From Desulfosoma sp. (GTDB lineage Bacteria; Desulfobacterota; Syntrophobacteria; Syntrophobacterales; DSM-9756): 64,000 bases of DNA. Made by a program: the position numbers and the translations under genes. Below, piece by piece: positions 28,626 to 35,708 of the stretch (the stretch's first letter is position 1; every line of letters begins with the position of its first letter). The notes under the pieces were generated by a model. The model was given only the letters and a program-made list of their open reading frames with translations. It did no database searches and was not told where the DNA came from. Location: the NCBI GenBank assembly GCA_037481875.1, contig JBBFKY010000001.1:285782-349781 (forward strand). The letters are read 5' to 3'.

Positions 28626-29036
28626 GTGGAAACCATTCGTGTCTTGTTGGTGGACGATGAGGTGGAGTTTCTCGATACCTTGCTTAAGCGCCTGCGAAAA
28701 CGGCAGGTGGAAACGGCGGGGGTTCAAAGCGGGGAGGACGCCCTGCGATACCTGGAAAACAACCCGGTGGACGTGGTGGTCCTTGATGTCAAAATGCCGG
28801 GCATGGACGGCATTCAAACCTTAAAGGCCATCAAAGAAAATCATCCCCTTGTGGAGGTGATCATGCTCACGGGGCATGCCAACGTGGAAGTGGCCATTCA
28901 GGGTATGGAACTGGGCGCCTTTGACTACCTCATGAAACCCATGGATATCGATGAGCTCCTCTACAAGGTCCAAGATGCCTGCAAGAAGAAAAGACTTCAC
29001 GAAAAAAGAATGCTGAAAAGAAGGGGGGTGGAATAA
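28626..29036 (+). CDS. Single-domain response regulator
   Basis: LVDDE, LDVKMPGMDG, LTGH, YLMKP; GTG start with GAGGTG RBS. Confidence 0.9.
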   Translation: METIRVLLVDDEVEFLDTLLKRLRKRQVETAGVQSGEDALRYLENNPVDVVVLDVKMPGMDGIQTLKAIKENHPLVEVIMLTGHANVEVAIQGMELGAFDYLMKPMDIDELLYKVQDACKKKRLHEKRMLKRRGVE

Positions 29037-29115
29037 GAGCGAAAGCGAGGAACAGACGAACAGCGAGAGAGATTCGGGTCGGTCAAGGACATTACGAAAA
29101 CTCTAGATCGAGGTT

Positions 29116-30420
29116 GTGGCGATGAGAAAGATGCGGAAATTTTATGATATGTTGCTGAGTGCGTCCAAGGCGCATGCGCGATGGGAGTATGAAACTTCCC
29201 TTAACATTGTGCGAAGCCGAAAGCGACTTGTGATTCTCGGCTTGTTGGCGCTTCCGGCCCTTCTTTTTGCCGTGGCCTTTGCCGCGGATCCTTCTGGTGG
29301 CGGACTTCCCGGCATGTTAGGAGGCAAGGAAGCCTACACGCCGGCTTTTTACGACACCAGAATCTTTCTAATTTCCATCCTCGTCGGTTTGTGTGCCGGG
29401 CTTATCACAGGTTGTATCGGAGCCGGTGGTGGCTTCATCATCACACCGGCCCTCATGAGTGCTGGAATCAAGGGTATTCTGGCGGTGGGGACGGACCTCT
29501 TTCACATCTTTGCCAAGGCCATTATGGGCACGACCGTGCACAAGAAACTGGGCAACGTGTCCGTGCCTTTGGCCGTCTGGTTCCTAGTAGGTTCCGGGGT
29601 CGGCGTCACGGGTGGCGGCTTTATCAACAGAACCCTTTACGAGATCAATCCACTGCTCAGTGATACCTTCATAAGCGTCGTCTATGTGATCTTGCTGGGA
29701 TTCCTAGGGATTTATGCGCTCACCGATTTTCTCAAGCTGCGAAAAGCCGGTGTGGATGTGGGGGCGCATCACGGCGAGAGTCCTCACGGCGCTGAAGCCA
29801 CCTCAGGCAAAGTCGGTCTGCCCGCGCGCCTGCAAGCCACGAATATTCCCCCGTACATTCGGTTTGATGAAGACCTGGTGCCTGGAGGTAAAAGGATTCC
29901 TGCCATTTTCGTTATCATTTCCGGTGCCCTGGTGGGATTTGTGGCCGCCATCATGGGTGTGGGCGGCGGTTTTCTCACATTTCCAATCTTCGTTTACGTT
30001 CTTGGAGTCTCCTCTTTTACCACGGTGGGCACGGACATTTTGCAGATCATTTTTACGGGAGCTTACGCCGCCATTTTTCAGTACGCCATCTATGGCTTCA
30101 TTTTCTACACACTGGCCATGGGCATGCTCCTAGGTTCTCTTTTGGGCGTGCAACTGGGAGCTTTGACCACCAAAGTGGTCAAGGGAATCTACATTCGAGG
30201 CTTCTACGCCGTCGCCATTATGGCCGGCTTCGTCAACCGTCTGTTTGCTCTGCCCAAAAAGCTGGCGGAGATGAAATACATTACCCTGGCTCCTGAAACC
30301 GGAAAAATTTTGACCGTCGTGGGCAACTGGGCCTTTTTCATCGTTGTGAGCATCTTCGCGCTGTGGATCATCGGCACCTTTGTGACCCGCATTGGAGCCC
30401 TTCGTGGAACGGAGGCATAA
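29116..30420 (+). CDS. TauE/SafE family permease (long form)
   Basis: GCIGAGGGFIITP..AVGTD and AIMGVGGGFLTFP..TVGTD repeats. Confidence 0.88.
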   Translation: MAMRKMRKFYDMLLSASKAHARWEYETSLNIVRSRKRLVILGLLALPALLFAVAFAADPSGGGLPGMLGGKEAYTPAFYDTRIFLISILVGLCAGLITGCIGAGGGFIITPALMSAGIKGILAVGTDLFHIFAKAIMGTTVHKKLGNVSVPLAVWFLVGSGVGVTGGGFINRTLYEINPLLSDTFISVVYVILLGFLGIYALTDFLKLRKAGVDVGAHHGESPHGAEATSGKVGLPARLQATNIPPYIRFDEDLVPGGKRIPAIFVIISGALVGFVAAIMGVGGGFLTFPIFVYVLGVSSFTTVGTDILQIIFTGAYAAIFQYAIYGFIFYTLAMGMLLGSLLGVQLGALTTKVVKGIYIRGFYAVAIMAGFVNRLFALPKKLAEMKYITLAPETGKILTVVGNWAFFIVVSIFALWIIGTFVTRIGALRGTEA

Positions 30421-30424
30421 GATC

Positions 30425-31129
30425 ATGATTACGAACAAGAAAATGTTCACTCTTGGGATTGTTTTGACGGTTGGCTTCTTTGTTGTGCTGTGGATCATGT
30501 TCCAGCCGTACTTCGGTGGAGAGAACGCTTTCCACGCCGCGGACCGTTTGTTCAACACCATTTCCAAGGGATCGTCCTATTACATTCCGGGCTTACAGGA
30601 AAAAGCCAAGGCTTTGGAAGCAACGACCGTGGACGTGAAGCTTTCGGTCAGCCCTGAAAAAGTTCGAGACAATGTAGCCAAACTCTTGATGACCAACGGC
30701 ATCATGGTGGCCAAGGAAGGAGAACAATTAAGGGTCCAGGGTTCACTCGGAGCCATTCTCTCGGCGGCCATCAAGGACAGTGACAGCATGTACCACAACC
30801 GGGGCGAAGATCTGAGCGGTCGTTATGGCATTCCCGAAAAAGAAGCCCTTTTTGCGTGGTGGAACGCCCTCAAAGCCATGGATAAGGCTTTAAAGGAGCA
30901 AAAGAAATTTAAAGAGTCCAAGGAAGTTCATGAAGTCATCGCTCGCGGTGTCGAAGTGGGCTACAATTATTACGGCATTGCTCCCGAAAAGGCGACTGCT
31001 CGAGCCGGCATCTTGACCTTTTCCCTGGTTTTTTACGTCATTTACACCATGTGGTGGGGGTTTGCCATCTTGTATCTGTGTGAAGGTCTAGGGCTTGAAA
31101 TGAAAAAAGGTGTGAAGAAAGAAGTCTAA
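30425..31129 (+). CDS. TauE-associated two-TM membrane protein with a large extracytoplasmic loop
   Basis: N- and C-terminal TM helices; ATG 30425 directly after the TauE stop, GGAGG RBS. Confidence 0.7.
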   Translation: MITNKKMFTLGIVLTVGFFVVLWIMFQPYFGGENAFHAADRLFNTISKGSSYYIPGLQEKAKALEATTVDVKLSVSPEKVRDNVAKLLMTNGIMVAKEGEQLRVQGSLGAILSAAIKDSDSMYHNRGEDLSGRYGIPEKEALFAWWNALKAMDKALKEQKKFKESKEVHEVIARGVEVGYNYYGIAPEKATARAGILTFSLVFYVIYTMWWGFAILYLCEGLGLEMKKGVKKEV

Positions 31130-31136
31130 GATTCTT

Positions 31137-31171
31137 GAGCCTTTCCGACGGGTTCGCCGTCGGAAAGGCTC
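31137..31171. other. Perfect 15-bp stem-loop between operon segments
   Basis: GAGCCTTTCCGACGG-GTTCG-CCGTCGGAAAGGCTC, with no U-tract. Confidence 0.75.
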
Positions 31172-31264
31172 CGTCTATTTTCAGAGCGTAAGCCATGGAG
31201 TTACTTTGCCGCTTGGGGAACATGGAAAGGAACTCTGCGAGCCGGGATCGTCAAGGAGGGTCAT

Positions 31265-33916
31265 GTGGCGAGCCGTTTCACAAGAAATCTCCAAAGATGG
31301 ACTCAGAAGGCTCTTGCCGGTTTAGGACTCTCCTTATCGAAAGATCCCTTGCCCGAGGAAAGTCTGGAAGATCTCCGATTGGCTTTTCAGCGCAGATATC
31401 ATCACTTTAAGCTACTTCTGAACGCCAACAATCGCGCTTTGGAAATCATGACCGAAATGGAAGAGATGCTTCAAGGCACTCGCCCTTTCGGCATGACCTT
31501 CGTTCGGTCTCGATGCACCCAAGTTTCCACCAATGTTTTTCAAATCATTCAGCATTTGGACGCTTTGGCTCCAGAAAAATACAAGCAGCTCTACGACGCC
31601 TTTCGAACCATTCAGAAACAGATCAACACCTACATTTACACCCCCGGTTCATCCGGTTCTGGACCTTTAGTGTTGTCCATGGAGGAGGTGAGCAAGGAAA
31701 CCGGGGACTGGGTGGGATCCAAGATGGCAAACCTTGGAGAGATCAAACGTCAACTCGGGCTGACTACGCCCGAAGGATTTGCCATCACCACATTCGGGAC
31801 GGCGCGTTTTTTTCAAGAAAACCAGCTTCAGGAAGAAATCGACCGGCGTCTTCAGGCGGTGCAGGCGGATCGCTTGGATGAGCTCTTTGCTTTAAGCGCT
31901 CAGATTCAAAATCTGGTCATTGCAGCACCTGTGCCCGAGGAATTACGGGAGGCCGTTGCTGCGCAGGTGTCCCATCTGAAGGCAAAGCTGGGAGGAAGGC
32001 TTCGTTTTGCGGTTAGAAGCAGCTCCCTGGCGGAAGACCTTCCGGGAATGTCCTTTGCCGGACAATTTCGTTCCGAATTAAACGTGGGCGAAGAAAACAT
32101 TCTGCAGGCTTTCAAGGAAGTGGTGGCGAGCAAATACGGGGTTGCCGCCATGACCTATCGGCTCCGTCGAGGTTTGAGGGACGAAGATGTGTCCATGGCC
32201 GTGGGTTGCCTTGTGATGGTGGACGCCGCGGCCAGCGGGGTCCTGTACACTCGAAATCCATTGAATATTCGAGAAGATGTCCTGGTCATCAACGGCGTGT
32301 GGGGACTCCCAAAGTCCGTGGTGGACGGCAGTGTGAGCCCTGACGTCTGGGTCGTGTCCCGCAAGGAACCTCATGGAGTGCTTGAAAGACATGTGGGGGA
32401 GAAAACGGTCAAATACGTCTGCTACCCGGATGAAGGCGTTTGTCGGCTGGAAACGGCAGGGGACGAGAGCCGGCAGCCGTGCTTAACCGATGCGCAGGTG
32501 GCGGCTTTGGCTCGGGTTGCCTTGCGTATCGAGGCCCACTACGGAGCTCCACAGGATGTGGAATGGGCTGTGGATGCTTCCGGGCATGTGGTGATCCTGC
32601 AGACGAGACCGTTTTCAGCGCATCAGGCGACGGAGACCAGCGGGTTGCAGGCCATCGACGCTGGCCGAGATGGACTTAATGTCTTGGCACAAGGCGGTGT
32701 GACGGCTTCTTCTGGAATCGCCTCGGGCCCGGTGCACGTGGTGCGTCGTGATGCAGACGCGCTTCAATGTCCACAGGGAGCCGTCCTGGTGGTGGCGCAG
32801 GCGCTGCCCCGATGGGCGCCGCTTTTGGGGCGTGTGGCGGCGGTGCTGAGTGAACAGGGAAGTGTCGCCGGGCACTTGGCCAATGTGGCCAGAGAATTTC
32901 GTGTGCCTGCCGTCTTCGGCCTTTCCGGTATTATGGAATCACTGGCTTCGGGTCAAGTGGTCACGGTGGATGCGGATCAAAGACGTGTGTATGAAGGGGA
33001 TGTGCCTATCGAGGTATCGGAAACCGCCTCTCAGCCGGCTCTCATGAAAGGCACACCCGTCTACGAGGTCTTGGAAGGCGTGATCCGCTGGATCATCCCC
33101 CTTAACCTGCTGGATCCGGATTCTCCCTCTTTTTCCCCAAAGCAGTGCACCACCTTTCATGACATCACCCGGTTCTGCCATGAAAAGGCCGTAGAGGAGA
33201 TGTTTCGGTTCGGTTCGGAGCATCGTTTTCCTCAGAAATCGGCCAAGCAGCTCATGTGCCGTGTTCCCATGCAGTTCTGGATCATCAATTTGGATGATGG
33301 GTTCACAGAGGATGTTGAAGGGCCTTATGTGACATTGGATCAGATCGTGTCCCTACCGATGCTTGCCCTATGGCATGGGATGACGGCCGTTCCATGGGAA
33401 GGGCCGCCCCCTGTGGACACCAAGGGGTTCATGTCTATTCTCATGGAAGCCACCACCAACCCGGGTCTGGATCCTTCTGTGGCTTCCCCTTACTCGGTGC
33501 GAAATTATTTCATGATTTCCAGAAACTTCTGTAGTCTTCAATCACGTTTCGGGTTTCACTTTTCCACGTTGGAAGCTCTGGTGGACGAACGCACATCGCA
33601 AAACTACGTGAGCTTTCAATTCAAGGGTGGAGCCGCCGACCGCACGCGACGGGTGCTCAGGGCTCGGTTTGTTGCGGATTTGCTGGAGTCCTTTGATTTT
33701 AGGTGCGAAGTCAGGGAGGATGCCGCCTTCGCACGGTTGGAAGGGCGTCCGCAAGACGTTATGTTGGATCGACTACGGACTTTGGGTTATCTCATTATTC
33801 ACACGCGCCAATTAGACATGGTCATGCATAATGCGGATTCCGTGCATCGGTACCGGACCAAGATGCTTCAAGAGATTGAAAGTGTTCGAAAGGCACAAGG
33901 CTTGACCTGTGCGTAG
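31265..33916 (+). CDS. PEP-synthase-related protein 2 (paralog of 20918-23530)
   Basis: VGSKMANLGEI, RSSSLAED..SFAGQF, PQDVEWA..ILQTRP; His domain GSVAGHLANVAREFRVP; same C-terminal block (HD..RF.HE, NF.S..SRFG.H, NY..F.F.GGAAD). Confidence 0.85.
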   Translation: MASRFTRNLQRWTQKALAGLGLSLSKDPLPEESLEDLRLAFQRRYHHFKLLLNANNRALEIMTEMEEMLQGTRPFGMTFVRSRCTQVSTNVFQIIQHLDALAPEKYKQLYDAFRTIQKQINTYIYTPGSSGSGPLVLSMEEVSKETGDWVGSKMANLGEIKRQLGLTTPEGFAITTFGTARFFQENQLQEEIDRRLQAVQADRLDELFALSAQIQNLVIAAPVPEELREAVAAQVSHLKAKLGGRLRFAVRSSSLAEDLPGMSFAGQFRSELNVGEENILQAFKEVVASKYGVAAMTYRLRRGLRDEDVSMAVGCLVMVDAAASGVLYTRNPLNIREDVLVINGVWGLPKSVVDGSVSPDVWVVSRKEPHGVLERHVGEKTVKYVCYPDEGVCRLETAGDESRQPCLTDAQVAALARVALRIEAHYGAPQDVEWAVDASGHVVILQTRPFSAHQATETSGLQAIDAGRDGLNVLAQGGVTASSGIASGPVHVVRRDADALQCPQGAVLVVAQALPRWAPLLGRVAAVLSEQGSVAGHLANVAREFRVPAVFGLSGIMESLASGQVVTVDADQRRVYEGDVPIEVSETASQPALMKGTPVYEVLEGVIRWIIPLNLLDPDSPSFSPKQCTTFHDITRFCHEKAVEEMFRFGSEHRFPQKSAKQLMCRVPMQFWIINLDDGFTEDVEGPYVTLDQIVSLPMLALWHGMTAVPWEGPPPVDTKGFMSILMEATTNPGLDPSVASPYSVRNYFMISRNFCSLQSRFGFHFSTLEALVDERTSQNYVSFQFKGGAADRTRRVLRARFVADLLESFDFRCEVREDAAFARLEGRPQDVMLDRLRTLGYLIIHTRQLDMVMHNADSVHRYRTKMLQEIESVRKAQGLTCA

Positions 33917-35261
33917 GAGTTTATCCATGGGTCCCATATCATTTCAAACTGATTTGACGACGGTGTCTTTCAGTCGTCGAAAACTCATGCACCGAAACCG
34001 AGCCCTATCCGTGCTTTTGGGCTTAAGCGAAGTGCTATCCCAATCCAAAGGCCTCAACGAACTCCTGACCCAAGCGTTGGACTACGTTCTGGAACACACA
34101 GCTTTTGATGCCGGCCGTGTCTACCTCATGGAACCGGATCGACAAAGCCTTCGACTGGCTGCCTTTCGAGGCATGGATGTCCAGGGGCTGGAGCGGGTGA
34201 ACTTGGAGGAAGGGTTTACGGGTCGAGCGGCCAAATCTTGTGCTTTTATCGCCCAGTCTGTAGATGCCTTAGGAGATGCCAAAAGGGCCGAGCTTTTGCT
34301 TTCTAAAGGGATTCACACGGTGGTCTGTGTTCCCTTTGTTGTTTTGGATCGCGTGGAAGGGGTCATGAACCTAGCGGCCAAGAGCCCCATGCAGTTGCAT
34401 CAAGACGAGGTGGATCTTTTGATGATGATCGGGCATCTCATCGGGGTTGCGGCCATTCATGCGGAAACGGAAGAGATTTTACGGGAAATCGTTGAAGAAC
34501 TTCAGCAGCGAAACGAGACGATTCAGCTTTTTGTTTCCACCGTCGGCCATGATCTGAAAGGGCCCGCTGTGGCTGCCTACGGATTTGCCAAAAGACTCCA
34601 TGAACGCTACGCGAAGCTGCTGGATGAGCGTGGAATGCTCTATTGTGAGCAGATACTTAAAGCCACCAGACAGATTGCATGCATGGTGGATGAACTCAAT
34701 AATTTCTTGCGCACTCGAGAAATGGCCGTTCGTCTGCAGCCCTTGCCCGTGGCTTCCCTTTGGGACAGCCTGCGGCAGGAATTTGCCTCGGAGCTTGCCA
34801 AGAAATCTGTGCACTGGTCGGAACATTCTCGGGTTACTGAAGTGACGGCGGATGAGGTCCTGGTGCTTCGCGCTTTAAGAAACCTTGTCCAGAACGCCCT
34901 CAGCCATGCAGGGCCCGGATTGCGAAGTCTTCAGGTGGGCTGTGAGGAGAGAGAAGGGTTCTATGTCTTTTGGGTGGCGGACGACGGGGAGGGCATTCCT
35001 TTTGAACACCAAAGGAAGCTGTTTGAACCCTTTGCCAGGCTCAAGCCTTCAAAGGGTGTGGAGGGTTCAGGGCTTGGCCTGGCCATTGTGCGGGAAGTGG
35101 CGCACCGGCATGGCGGAGAAGCCTGGGTGCGATCCGAGCCTGGAAAAGGGGCCGTTTTTTTCTTTAGTCTTGCCAAGGTAGCTGAGATGGCTTGCGGATG
35201 CGTGCCACCGCACAATCATGCGGCGGAAGCTCCGCGACACGACACGAAAGACATCTCATGA
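33909..35261 (+). CDS. Cytoplasmic GAF-domain histidine kinase
   Basis: GAF (VVCVPFVVLDRVEGVMNLA), H-box VGHDLKGP, DDGEGI, GSGLGL; start uncertain. Confidence 0.85.
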   Translation: MRRSLSMGPISFQTDLTTVSFSRRKLMHRNRALSVLLGLSEVLSQSKGLNELLTQALDYVLEHTAFDAGRVYLMEPDRQSLRLAAFRGMDVQGLERVNLEEGFTGRAAKSCAFIAQSVDALGDAKRAELLLSKGIHTVVCVPFVVLDRVEGVMNLAAKSPMQLHQDEVDLLMMIGHLIGVAAIHAETEEILREIVEELQQRNETIQLFVSTVGHDLKGPAVAAYGFAKRLHERYAKLLDERGMLYCEQILKATRQIACMVDELNNFLRTREMAVRLQPLPVASLWDSLRQEFASELAKKSVHWSEHSRVTEVTADEVLVLRALRNLVQNALSHAGPGLRSLQVGCEEREGFYVFWVADDGEGIPFEHQRKLFEPFARLKPSKGVEGSGLGLAIVREVAHRHGGEAWVRSEPGKGAVFFFSLAKVAEMACGCVPPHNHAAEAPRHDTKDIS

Positions 35262-35266
35262 ACCCT

Positions 35267-35402
35267 GTGGGGGCGGCCCGATATGTGCGCCCTACGATGC
35301 GGTGGGCCATTGTTCATGTTAAACCCCTATGGGGGTTGTGATGAGCTCTTTGTGTGGGGTACAAGGAGCACGTTATAGGGGCGGCCCGATATGTCCGTTC
35401 CA
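35267..35402. repeat. Two REP-like palindromes
   Basis: GTGGGGGCGGCCCGATATGTGCGCCCTAC (35267-35295) and ATAGGGGCGGCCCGATATGTCCG (about 35376). Confidence 0.65.
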
Positions 35403-35708
35403 AAGCCCCCAGTTTGGGGACGGATCGAGGGTCTCGCCCATCGGTGTACCCCTGCATGGGCCCCAGAATTTGGTCACAATCATGCCTGTTGAGGGCAGGT
35501 TGGGATATTCGTCCAGAGTGAGCCGCTGCCATGGAAATTCCCGATCCTCGCCTCAATGTAGTCTTACAGCGGCCATGCTCGAAGCCACGGCAAAGGGGTC
35601 CAAGGCGCCGATTTTCATTTCAAGACTCTAAAGCAAGCAAACGGCAGTGAACGGATAACGAATCATTCATCCGGTATCGCAACATCGACCACAAACGGGA
35701 GTGTCTCC

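Noticed and set aside
20918-33916. Calling the two large proteins ppsA or rifampin phosphotransferase
   Set aside because: There is no pyruvate-binding TIM-barrel signature, and the His domain is central rather than C-terminal as in RPH
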